Origin: Carpediemonas membranifera BICM
Taxonomy: Eukaryota; Protista; Fornicata
Length of the DNA: 64,000 nucleotides
Assembly (NCBI GenBank): GCA_019828565.1
Contig: JAHDYR010000043.1
Coordinates: 1 to 64,000 of the forward strand
Direction: 5' to 3'
The first letter of the stretch is position 1, and each line of letters begins with the position of its first letter. Under the pieces are notes generated by a model, which ran no database searches, was not told the DNA's origin, and worked only from the letters and a program-made list of their open reading frames with translations. This document shows, piece by piece, positions 36,289-47,900 of the stretch. Both the position numbers and the translations under genes were made by a program.

Positions 36289-39200
36289 ATGGGAGAAACT
36301 GGAAGGCCTGGACGGAGACCTCACCCGGATATGTACATGTGGCCCGACTTTCGGACCCAAAAATTCCGACCCAGTTTATGGACTAGAAAAAGGGGAGAAA
36401 TTTTGCACTCAACAATGCAGGTAGAAATACCGACAAGGATCAGGGATTCCACGCAGAAGCAGTGGGAGGACATCAGGGAACTACTGGACAGCTTCCTCGC
36501 TGAAAGGAACGATTCAAGGACTCTACTTCTTCGTAGAACAGGCAAGTTTACAGGAAAGTCGCTCAATGCGAACTCCAAAGGACGCAAGGAAGTAATCATG
36601 AACGCCAGACGCATCCTCTTCGCAACCGGCGTCACTGACAACAAGGACATCATTCTCAGAAACCCATGCGGCATCCACGGCCTCCGAGACCTTTTCTACA
36701 TGCTCACAGAGGCGCTCAACCCCAGAGACGAGGAAGCTAAGGACATGGCACAGGCACTGGAGCCCAAGACGCTGAAAGCGGGCTTCACTGGCATGGCAAG
36801 ATGGCCATCTGAGAAGGACATCGAGACGGCGATCCTCAAGCCGAAGGAAGATGGGCCCATCGAATGGAATGGAGACAGGGACAGCGTCAAGAAGGCCGAA
36901 GGGTCGTTCATACTGGTATCAGGGGCTCATGGAGACGAGGCCGTAGAAGGCGTGCCTTACGACAAGGTATGGGATCCGGCAAACCAAGGCCCGGTCACCA
37001 GAGTGGCCTACGAGCAAGAGGACGGCAAGTACAGGGTCATCCTAGAGCTAAGCGACACGTCAGCATGGTCCATCAGCCGCTTCATGGAGGAGGCCAGGGA
37101 CATCCTCAGGCTTCAGGCACCGGAGGCCCCGGCCATATGGCAGGCAGCATGGAACAAGTCAGGGATCTACCTGAAGGGCAGAACCAATATCCTGGGCGAA
37201 GGGGAGGAGACCCCCCTTAGCAACGAGCCGCCGTTCCGGAAGGTGAGGCTGGAAGTGCTCAAGGCCACCTCGGTCCGCAGCAATAGGGACGAACATGCCG
37301 ATCTGGACAGGTCGTCCGCTAGCACGGTCATCGACGGAGACGAGGAGCAACATGTCAAGGACAAGGAGGAACGACGCCAGCAGGCCACCATGCCCGGCAG
37401 GAGAAGCCTCGACGACAGCCTCCTGGAAGTGAACAAGAACATGGCCGGGGCCAACCAAGGCAAGATCGACCAGGACGAGGAGGTCGACTCAAACAAGGAC
37501 AGCAGCCAGCCGCCGAGGATGCCTAGAAAGGACAAGGAGAAACGACTGGTGATCGGAGCCATCGACTTCGAGTGCGCAGACCCTGGCGTCAAGAAGGCAG
37601 GGATCCCTGCCATCCCGGTTGAGGGCGGGATCGTACTCTTTGACCTCAGCACTGGGGACATTCTTGGACACGGGCATGGCCTGTATTACCAGGACATACC
37701 GGCAGCAAGCATGGACCAAGCGAGGTACACGGCATGGGCAGTGACGGGGCTGCCGCCGGCCACCTTCGTGGAGGTCGGGACGGGGCGGCCGCCGATCGAG
37801 TATGAGAAGCACATACATACTTTCAGGGACTGGGCCAACCGCCTGGCGGCTCAGCTGGCAAGGATCGAAAGGTCGGAGGGTTGGAAGATAATCATGTATG
37901 CAAAGGGGGTGGAGATGGAAAGCTTCCTCCTCACGAACCCCACAAATGGACTGGAGCAAGGAACCAGGGAATTCTTCCAAGCTAGGCTGGTGGACGAGAA
38001 GAAGCTACCAGAGATCCTGGAGAACAACGGCAAGGAGGAGGCTGGCCAAAACCTCAGGGACAACCTCGACAAGGCCAACTACCTGGAAGCAGTAACAACA
38101 TGGTCAAATGGATGGCAGAACAGGAGCGAGCCCAAGGGAGTCTGTCCGTACCACAGACACACCGCGGGTTGCTACCACTGTGGGTTGGCGGATACAGTAG
38201 TCTTCACAGCCAGGATCAGGGCCCTATGCAAGGAGAGGATGAGCACCCCAGACGTCTACCACTACATGGGTAAGGCACTCGACAAGACCATGGAAGCAGT
38301 CGGGAAGGCGGAGCCGGGCATGGATATCATGGGAGGCCCGGAATTCGCGACAAGGAGGGACACCTTTGAGATCTTCGGCACGTACCCGATCGGGGACGCA
38401 AGGGACGTCAGCAGGGAAGTCGGCGACAGGATCCTCGTAGTCCCGGACAACGGACACCGCTTCGGCATCGGCTTCGGGTTCGGGGAGGTTCTGTTGGGCA
38501 TGAAGGGCATCTTACTGGCCCCCCTCACAACCATGGACAACGAAGGTGTACTGGAGAGAAGCCCGCTATGGACCATCATGGAAAGAGCCACGGCTAACCA
38601 GCTCCGCATGGTACGCGTCAGGAAGGGCCTAGGGGCAGCAAGGGAGGAGGACATCATAACCATGGCCATGCTATACGATTGGTGGCCCTCGAAGGAGGCT
38701 ACGGCTCATCAAGGAGTCTGGGGCTGCGACGACCTAGCAGAGAGCCTCAGGGACTATGAGAAGGTCATAGTCAACGTCAAGGCCCCCAGGAACAGGGGTA
38801 GGATCACCCTAGGGGCGAGCTTCATCCCGAGAGACTGGGGCATGGTCAGGGTCAGCGAGGCTGGGACCATCCTAAGCCGTATGCGCAAGGAAGGGGCCAG
38901 ACTAGTCTCGGCAGCTATCCCGGACGAGCCCAGAGCCAACACAGTCAATGTCCCAGGCATCACGTATGTCCCCACCATCGACGGAAAGTCCGAACAGCCA
39001 TACCAAAGTAGGTTCTTCGACAACGGCCTGGAGGAAAAGGCGAGGCGGATTAGCACCAGGATGGTGGGCAGGCACTTCGGCCAGGACGCGGATCAAGGAC
39101 ATCACGACCAGCATGGAGACAGGGAAGAGGACAGAAGGGTAGGACACGGAGCCGGCGGTAGAGCTGGTGTCAGAGCTGACGACAGAACCGGCGACAGAGC

Positions 39201-39315
39201 TGGTAACATGAACAGGACCTCGGATCTTAACCACGGAGGAGACGACAGGGAGAGACAAGGACAACACGGGAACGCAGATGAGAGGCTCGTTCAGCGGGAA
39301 CACCTGGGCCGGTAG
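36289..39315 (+). CDS. LINE ORF1 (1008 aa) with a Maelstrom/DEDDh-like nuclease domain (~37546-38230); ORF 39278-39793 is probably its frameshifted C-terminus
   Basis: AIDFECA..IPVEGG..TGLPP..AKGVEME..CPYH..HCGLAD. Confidence 0.8.
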   Translation: MGETGRPGRRPHPDMYMWPDFRTQKFRPSLWTRKRGEILHSTMQVEIPTRIRDSTQKQWEDIRELLDSFLAERNDSRTLLLRRTGKFTGKSLNANSKGRKEVIMNARRILFATGVTDNKDIILRNPCGIHGLRDLFYMLTEALNPRDEEAKDMAQALEPKTLKAGFTGMARWPSEKDIETAILKPKEDGPIEWNGDRDSVKKAEGSFILVSGAHGDEAVEGVPYDKVWDPANQGPVTRVAYEQEDGKYRVILELSDTSAWSISRFMEEARDILRLQAPEAPAIWQAAWNKSGIYLKGRTNILGEGEETPLSNEPPFRKVRLEVLKATSVRSNRDEHADLDRSSASTVIDGDEEQHVKDKEERRQQATMPGRRSLDDSLLEVNKNMAGANQGKIDQDEEVDSNKDSSQPPRMPRKDKEKRLVIGAIDFECADPGVKKAGIPAIPVEGGIVLFDLSTGDILGHGHGLYYQDIPAASMDQARYTAWAVTGLPPATFVEVGTGRPPIEYEKHIHTFRDWANRLAAQLARIERSEGWKIIMYAKGVEMESFLLTNPTNGLEQGTREFFQARLVDEKKLPEILENNGKEEAGQNLRDNLDKANYLEAVTTWSNGWQNRSEPKGVCPYHRHTAGCYHCGLADTVVFTARIRALCKERMSTPDVYHYMGKALDKTMEAVGKAEPGMDIMGGPEFATRRDTFEIFGTYPIGDARDVSREVGDRILVVPDNGHRFGIGFGFGEVLLGMKGILLAPLTTMDNEGVLERSPLWTIMERATANQLRMVRVRKGLGAAREEDIITMAMLYDWWPSKEATAHQGVWGCDDLAESLRDYEKVIVNVKAPRNRGRITLGASFIPRDWGMVRVSEAGTILSRMRKEGARLVSAAIPDEPRANTVNVPGITYVPTIDGKSEQPYQSRFFDNGLEEKARRISTRMVGRHFGQDADQGHHDQHGDREEDRRVGHGAGGRAGVRADDRTGDRAGNMNRTSDLNHGGDDRERQGQHGNADERLVQREHLGR

Positions 39316-40125
39316 AGGCTCAGAGGGAGGCATGGACAACAGCAAGGATCACTCTTCCTCCACGACGCTCAAGCGCAAGGAGGGCAGCACGAGTAGGATC
39401 ATGGACTCGGACAGCGGAAAGAGAAGCAGGCACGAAGAGGACACGGACTGGGAGTCTGGAAGCAGACAGGCAACCGGCATGGACTCGGAGAAGCTGCGGC
39501 TCCGAAAGCAGTTGGCAGAGGCGCAACAAGAGATCTCAGCGCTCAAGGCTGCCCGACTCATGCAAGAGCAAGGCCACGGTAGGTTGGTGCTCTCCGGCGC
39601 CGCGACTAAGCCCAGCAAGGAGAAGCCCACGATCCCCCGGCACAAGCACAAGAAGGCTAAGAAGACCAAGGAGATCTCACCCATGGACCTGATGACCCAG
39701 TTCATCATGGTAATGCAGAGTCTACAAGGACAACAAGTGAGTCAGGCCGAGGACAGCTGCAGAGGCAGTGGGGAGTCCACGGAGGAGGAGTAAGGACATG
39801 GTAAAGCAGTATTCTTTCAAGGAACAAGCAACATTTTCTTTATAATTCACAAGCCCTGGCTCCCACCCAGGGCCCGGCATTAGCTGAAATGCACTGCCGG
39901 TAGGCTGTAGCGGCAGCCAAAGGGGGGGTCACGTCATATCGTCCCCCTCCTAAGTACCCTGCCCGAAGAATGGAAGGTCACCAGGAGGTAACAAGGTTGG
40001 CCTGACAAGGGTCACCGAGACCGGCATCTAGGCCCCTTGTTAGGACAAGGATAGCAGGAGAGGAGCGGGAAGCTGGGGCTCCCAAATTCTGGGAATTCGC
40101 AGGATAAGGAAACAGGACAAAGGCA

Positions 40126-43100
40126 ATGGTAACCTACAAGATACTTAGTCTGAACACAGAGGGACACATAGGAAGAGGAAAGGACTTCACGGCGTCTATG
40201 GCAACGGCGATTCAGCTAAGGTTGAAGGACATAGAGGCAGTACTCATACAAGAGACATGGAGAACGGCGAATACGAGGGTTCATTGCTTCATGGACCTTG
40301 ACTACGCACTAGCAGGGAGGGAGACGGAAGAGGACCTGGTCTTAGCCAACGAAAAACGAAAGGCGGATGTCAAAAGTCAGCACCGCATCAACCGACAACT
40401 AGGCATAGCAGGCAATGACGAACCTGCGCCAAGATGGAAGGGAACAAGGGAAGGCATCGGCACGATAGTGAGCCCACACGCAACTGCAAAGTGGGACATC
40501 GGCATATCGGACAGCCTATCGGGAAGAGTGCAAGCCAGCATAATGAGAACCGGCAGGGACATACTAGTCATCAACGTGTATGGCCCCCCATCCGGCCACA
40601 GCAAGCAGGAGAAGGATGGATTCAGGGACACTATACAGAAGATCATGGACATGAAAGGGAGCATGGAGGCCATAATTATGGGAGACTGGAACATCGACCC
40701 AGGCCATGGAAAGATCCACCCGGTGGAAGGATATGATGGAGAAGCACAGGCTCAAAGCCATCATACCCAAGTCTGGGACGCTCACATCAGGAACATCAAC
40801 CCCGGACTTTGCAGTGACAACACCAGGAATCCAGGGGGCGGAGATTGAGGTGGTAGAGTCTCAGAAGGTCGGGGTATGGGGCTCAGCACACAATGGAATC
40901 ACACTAGCATGGAAGGAACAACGGTACTATGGCAGAAGAGGGCGAGACGTGGCTCTGGCCATACCCGAGGTGCACACCTGGCCCATGAAAAAGAAGAAGG
41001 GGCCAGTCACAGTCTCAAAGCTGAACAGGATCAAGAGCTCGGACCAATGGGAAGAGACTATAAGAGCATGCATGGGCGACCCAGTGAACAACAGGGGAGC
41101 AAAGGCAAGGGACAAAGTGTTCGGGAACGGAGTGTGGAGCGAACTCCAGCGAACCCCATGGACAGAAATAGGCAACAGGACCAGGAAGGAAAGGATGAAA
41201 GAGGAGCTGGAGAAATACTGGGGAGAGCGCAGGGCCAAATGGGTGGCCGACCTCAGCAGAAGTGCAAAAGGGGGGTATAGGGCCTCAAGGGCCTCAGTGG
41301 AAGCTGCCATCAGAAGGTGGTGGTGTGATAACCAATACAAGGGAATGCCGGAGAGCCTCCTCAAGGACGGAGTGATAACCACGGACAAGGCGGCCATCAG
41401 CGAGATCCTCTTGCAACAGTATGCTAGAGTCAGCAGAGGCAGGGAACCCACCTGGAAGACATGGAGGGGCAGGGACGGAAATGAGTTCAAGGAAAGCGAG
41501 GTCAAAGCCGCAATCAAAAGGATCAGGAGGGACACCGCACCAGGGCCTGACCTCACATCTGGAGACATGCTGAGAGAGCTGGATGAGAAAGGCCTTAGGG
41601 AAGTGACGAGGCTCATCAACAGGGTCTACAGGGAGGGCGACGTACCCAAAGCATGGAAGTATGCCACAGTGTCGGCCATACACAAGACAGGGAAGCCAAG
41701 GGTCAAGCCGGAATCATATAGACCAATATCCTTGACACCACTGCTGTACAGGGTCTATGGTAGATTGCTCAAGATACGTCTGGAAGCAGCAACGAAAAGG
41801 TTCATACCAAGAGAACAGGCTGGTTTCCAGTCAGACAGGGACGTCATCCAGCAGATACAGTACATTGTGCAGCGGCACCAGGAGGGGGTGAGACCACGTC
41901 AATCTTTCTGGACATCGAGAAGGCATATGACACGGTACCAAGGGACATTCTCATGGATAAGCTACAGGGTATGGGGGTGGAGGAGCACTTGATCAGGGCA
42001 ATTCAAGGCACAATAAAGGAAACCTGGATATCAGTCAAGGGGGCAAAGGCATGGGAAAGAACCAACAGGGGAGTTAAGCAAGGGTGCGTCCTGGCACCGA
42101 CACTGTTTGTGCTGTTCATAGCTAACTGGCCCCACCTGGCCAGAAAGAAAATCAAGGGAGAACGGTACGACATCAGAGAACCGCCAAGGACCACGAGCCA
42201 CCTCAGCGACCGACTACCGGCAGCACTTACCATGTTTGTGGATGACACTGCGGTCACAGGGAGCAAACCGGAGCATAGCCAGATGGTCGCCAACATAATG
42301 GTAGACATAATCAGAGAGCATGAAATGAGGGTGAACGTCCAGAAGAATGTAATGATTAGCGTGGACAGAACAGCCCTAGTCAGGATCGAGGGGGTAACAC
42401 TACTGCCAGAGAAGGAGGCGAGATACCTGGGATTATGGATCGCAAGTGGGAAGGACCCTATGTCGGCCTGCATAAGGCGGAAACAGGAGCAGAGCGAAAG
42501 GTACAAGAGACTGGTGAGATGGGCAGGGTGGACCAGGGCAAACATGCCAGCACTAGCGAGCAGGCTACTACTGGAAATATATATATGGCCCAGGATCCTC
42601 TTCGGAGTCGAGGTGTGGGGGAACGCACCGGGAGGTAGAAGGATCTGGAATGACTGGCAGGGAATCATGGCAGGAACAGGACCGGGAGGGGGCGCAGCCA
42701 TGAGGCTGATGAATGGATGGGTGGACCTCCAGGCACACATGGAATGGCTGGCAGTCAAAAGGATAGTCAACTACAGGGACCAGGATATACCAGTCAGAAA
42801 CAGAGAATGGGGGCGAGGCACGGTTATGTGGGAAGCTAGGGAGAGAGTGCAGCATCTACTGGAGGGCACCAGAGAGGGAGCCCCCAAACCAGCGCTACTG
42901 GATTATGGCATGGAAACGATCAGGAGGGGGTGGATGAAGCGGTGCAAAAGCCGTACGGCACTAGGACTAATGGAAATCATGGGGACAAGGAAATTAAGCA
43001 AGTGTCTGCAAGGTAAGCCTACGGTAGACCGAAAGGCTGGGAAGGGGCAAAGCAGGGCGGAATGGAAGAGAATTGTATCCATTGCAGCCAATGTCAGCCC

Positions 43101-43566
43101 ATCCCCATCGTCGGCAGAGAGAGGGGAGGGCCCTATGAGAGCCATCACAGAGCTGGCCCAAGGCGCTGACCTAAAGAGAGAAATTAGCAGACTATGCCCC
43201 CTATGCTCGGAGGAGTCGGAGGTGAGCCTATTCTACAGGATCATTAGGGAAAAGCCAGGACCAGCAAGGAAGCAGGAAATGATCAGGGAGTGGGCAGAGG
43301 GCCAGAGGCTAGGATCGGCAGCGCACATAATCTGTGAATGCCCGGCAGTAGACAGGGGAGATGCTTGGACAAAGCTGTGGACAGCAGCGAAGCACAAAAC
43401 TAAGGACTTGGAAGTAAGGCAGGGCCCCCAGGGCGAATGGTACCAGGAAAGACCCATCCTAGAATTACAGCAACTAATAATATGGGGCTCGGAGGACATT
43501 TGGGAAGGCCTCACGGCAGGACTACGGGAACTGGCAAAGGTTTACAACAGCTTCAAGGTGGAATAG
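40126..43566 (+). CDS. LINE ORF2: AP endonuclease-RT-CCHC (frameshifts at ~40702 and ~41886)
   Basis: APE: SLNTEG, IQETW, INVYGP, GDWN, TPDF, SAH. RT: APGPD, YRPISL, QAGF, DIEKAYD, GVKQG, FVDD, YLG. Knuckle: CPLC...HIICEC. Confidence 0.93.
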
Positions 43567-44936
43567 AAGCATGTCATGAACCCCTGACTCCAGGACCGGG
43601 AAGGGATGGACAAGGAATCAGCCATGGACCACCCTCGCTGGGTGCTAAGCTCCTGGGATCAGTGAGGAAAGGCCCCACGTATCCCGGTAGCCAGGAACCA
43701 AAGCAAGGGAAGGAACGACTGCAAGGAAATAACAGGAAGGACAGACCAGAAATAAGAAAGAAAGGACATGCAACAAGGACAGAGCAAGGATAAGGTCAAG
43801 GAAATCCATATTCATATGGTTGCACCACTCGTTGGGACCCCAAGGAAACTGCAGGGACTGGCCACGGGGGTCGGAGGGGCAAGGTGCCCCTGCCGCCCTT
43901 GTTAACGACATGGGAAACCAGGGACATGTAGTGCAAGCGAAATGTTGTAAGGGGTAACAGGACAACCAGGCCCAGCGCCTGGGGGTACACCACCCATGCC
44001 CTGACCCACGCCACCTAACCAGGGTAGACAGCATGGACTTAGTCACTTTCCCCGCCTTCGGGTAGGCTTCCTAACAGAGTCGAGGGGGCATGGAATTGGG
44101 GAACCGGACAGACGAGAGGGTGCCGTGGCTGAACGGCTCTACAAGGACTGCAGGGAAGCAAGGAGTGTCATAGTCAAGGTCCTGCAGGACGATCCTGCCT
44201 GTCAATGCCCCGAGGACAGACCCCCAGGCTCCCCGGATAGTTGCCGGACTTTCAGGGAGACAGGAAAGCATATTTGCACGGAGATGGCCGCAGGGCCTCT
44301 GGGGCGATTGGAATCGGCTTTCCGCGGAGACAGTAGCACCGAAAGCCCAAGGCAAACGCTGCTGACCAGTTTGCCACGGGAAATAGGCAGTACCCCGGGG
44401 CACTCAGCTCCAAGACAACGGGAAACAAGCTCAGTCCGGGGTCAGAATCCAAGCACCATAAATTTCTTTCTTTCTTTCCCTTGCATTCCTGGATAGTCGG
44501 CCTCGGCCTCAAGCCCGAACATCGGCTGTGGCGCAGGGTGAAGAGCACGAGCTCCCTAAGCGTCAAGAGAGACGCTTCAATTGACTACTTAAGACAACAG
44601 ACACAGAACATATTCGGCCCGAAGACAGGGCTACACTCCTTCCGGAAGGGTGGGGCTTCCGAGCTGGCGTTGGGTGGAACGCCGCTCGAGGCGCTGCTTG
44701 CACTTGGTACCTGGAGGAGAGTGGAATCGATGAGAGCCTATATTGGCCCAGCCATCAGGACCAACACCGGATTCGCGGGGGAGTTGACGAAGAGCCTCCT
44801 CCGCCAGTAAACATCTTGCGTTCCAGCAAGAACCTCCGAGGCGGTAATGGATTCCGCTGGGGGTATGCCTGCCCGAGGTCAGACAGGACGTGACTGGGCA
44901 GAGAGCACCTATTACGGCAGTTGCGGTATAACCGTT

Positions 44937-47900
44937 GGGTAGTACCCCAGCTCATTGTCGCAAGGGCGACGGGACGTGGGCGAGGCCGGCAATCGCCGGA
45001 TGCCCGCGTCATTGGTCAAGATTGGTCGGCGCAGTTTATGCGGCCAGATGACGAACGATTCGCAGCCGGTGGCTGCGACGGCCGAGGAAGTGGCAGAACT
45101 GCGTACCACGGTGCAGGAGATGCAGAAAGCTCAGGAGAGATCCACCAAGATCCTCGAGAGGATGGCCGCCGCAAGCGCCGAATCTGAAGCGGATTTCCAC
45201 GAGGAACTGGCGTTTGAAGAAGATGAACAAGACCCCATCATGGCTTCCCTTTCATACATTGAGGCCATGACCGAGCTGCCGAAGAAGCGCCCTCTTCTGG
45301 AGGAGGCGAAGTTCCTTCGGAAGGTTCAAACGATCCTCACCTCTTCTACAGACACGAAACTCCTCAAGCGTCTTTCCCCCCTCCTCTCCGCCCGGCGTAG
45401 AGCTCTGATGATGAAGGATGAAGATTACAACGACGTCACAGTCACCTACTTTCAGAACCAGGTATGGAAGGCCATCGCGGACAAAGGAACCCTCGACGAG
45501 TCCCAGATCGAGTCCTTCGAGCTCAAGTCTAAGATTCACGGAGCCAAGCGAAAGGGCGACAAGTTTCAGCCTCCGGGAGGCGGGGGCCGAGGCGGCAGCT
45601 CTCGCGGTCGCAACCGGCAGTCAAACTAACCGAGAACCACCTCTTCCCATCGATAACTGGCGACGTGTGGCGACTCTGGGAGCGCTTCGGCGCCTCAGAG
45701 CACGTCGTCAGCCTACTCAGAGACGGCGTTCCAATATCACTGACCGCGCCTCCGTCGGCGGCCGCAGAAAGAAAGAAAGAAATTTATGGTGCTTGGATTC
45801 TGACCCCGGACTGAGCTTGTTTCCCGTTGTCTTGGAGCTGAGTGCCCCGGGGTACTGCCTATTTCCCGTGGCAAACTGGTCAGCAGCGTTTGCCTTGGGC
45901 TTTCGGTGCTACTGTCTCCGCGGAAAGCCGATTCCAATCGCCCCAGAGGCCCTGCGGCCATCTCCGTGCAAATATGCTTTCCTGTCTCCCTGAAAGTCCG
46001 GCAACTATCCGGGGAGCCTGGGGGTCTGTCCTCGGGGCATTGACAGGCAGGATCGTCCTGCAGAACCTTGACTATGACACTCCTTGCTTCCCTGCAGTCC
46101 TTGTAGAGCCGTTCAGCCACGGCACCCTCTCGTCTGTCCGGTTCCCCAATTCCATGCCCCCTCGACTCTGTTAAGAAGCCTACCCGAAGGCGGGGAAAGT
46201 GACTAAGTCCATGCTGTCTACCCCGGTTAGGTGGCGTGGGTCAGGGCATGGGTGGTGTACCCCCAGGCGCTGGGCCTGGTTGTCCTGTTACCCCTTACAA
46301 CATTTCGCTTGCACTACATGTCCTTGGTTTCCCATGTCGTTAACAAGGGCGGCAGGGGCACCTGTGCCCCTCCGACCCCCGTGGCCAGTCCCTGCAGTTT
46401 CCTTGGGGTCCCAACGAGTGGTGCAACCATATGAATATGGATTTCCTTGACCTTGTCCTTGCTCTGTCCTTGTCGCATGTCCTTTCTTCCATAATTCTGA
46501 TCTGTCCTTCCCTGTTCTTTCCTTGCAATCGTTCCTTCCCTTGCTTTGGTTCCTGGCTAACGGGATACGTGGGGCCTTTTCTCACTGATCCCCGGAGCTT
46601 TGCGCCCAGCGAGGGTGGTCCATGGCTGCTTCCTTGTCCATCCCTTCCCGGTCCTGGAGTCAGGGGTTCATGACATGCTTCTATTCCACCTTGAAGCTGT
46701 TGTAAACCTTTGCCAGTTCCCGTAGTCCTGCCGTGAGGCCTTCCCAAATGTCCTCCGAGCCCCATATTATTAGTTGCTGTAATTCTAGGATGGGTCTTTC
46801 CTGGTACCATTCGCCCTGGGGGCCCTGCCTTACTTCCAAGTCCTTAGTTTTGTGCTTCGCTGCTGTCCACAGCTTTGTCCAAGCTTCTCCCCTGTCTACT
46901 GCCGGGCATTCACAGATTATGTGCGCTGCCGATCCTAGCCTCTGGCCCTCTGCCCACTCCCTGATCATTTCCTGCTTCCTTGCTGGTCCTGGCTTTTTCC
47001 CTAATGATCCTGTAGAACAGGCTCACCTCCGACTCCTCCGAGCATAGGGGGCATAGTCTGCTAATTTCTCTCTTTAGGTCAGCGCCTTGGGCCAGCTCTG
47101 TGATGGCTCTCATAGGGCCCTCCCCTCTCTCTGCCGACGATGGGGATGGGCTGACATTGGCTGCAATGGATACAATTCTCTTCCATTCCGCCCTGCTTTG
47201 CCCCTTCCCAGCCTTTCGGTCTACCGTAGGCTTACCTTGCAGACACTTGCTTAATTTCCTTGTCCCCATGATTTCCATTAGTCCTAGTGCCGTACGGCTT
47301 TTGCACCGCTTCATCCACCCCCTCCTGATCGTTTCCATGCCATAATCCAGTAGCGCTGGTTTGGGGGCTCCCTCTCTGGTGCCCTCCAGTAGATGCTGCA
47401 CTCTCTCCCTAGCTTCCCACATAACCGTGCCTCGCCCCCATTCTCTGTTTCTGACTGGTATATCCTGGTCCCTGTAGTTGACTATCCTTTTGACTGCCAG
47501 CCATTCCATGTGTGCCTGGAGGTCCACCCATCCATTCATCAGCCTCATGGCTGCGCCCCCTCCCGGTCCTGTTCCTGCCATGATTCCCTGCCAGTCATTC
47601 CAGATCCTTCTACCTCCCGGTGCGTTCCCCCACACCTCGACTCCGAAGAGGATCCTGGGCCATATATATATTTCCAGTAGTAGCCTGCTCGCTAGTGCTG
47701 GCATGTTTGCCCTGGTCCACCCTGCCCATCTCACCAGTCTCTTGTACCTTTCGCTCTGCTCCTGTTTCCGCCTTATGCAGGCCGACATAGGGTCCTTCCC
47801 ACTTGCGATCCATAATCCCAGGTATCTCGCCTCTCGGCGGCCGCACCACAGACGCGACTGGACCCACGTGTTCGGGCCAAGCTCCAACAGCTGTTGAACG

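Larger units (their letters stand above)
35816..44478 (+). mobile_element. Full-length APE-type LINE, 8663 bp, with a 14-bp TSD
   Basis: TSD ccttgcattcctgg at 35802-35815 and 44479-44492; (CTTT)n tail; ORF1 and ORF2 present. Confidence 0.95.
32808..44936 (+). mobile_element. YR retrotransposon 3 (gag ~32906-33399, pol 33438-35255, YR split by the LINE: to 35815 and 44493-44810)
   Basis: LVYLDD and TDAS. The YR halves join across a 14-bp TSD (FNPARALHSW|IVGL...HSFRKG..GTW..AY). Confidence 0.9.

Noticed and set aside
38430-39060. Possible SGNH esterase after the MAEL-like domain
   Set aside because: Only vague resemblance (ILVVPDN instead of GDS) and no DxxH motif.
44125-44478. ORF in the LINE 3' UTR present in three copies
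   Set aside because: It has a GTG start and no stop within the element, and the copies are too similar for conservation to be informative.
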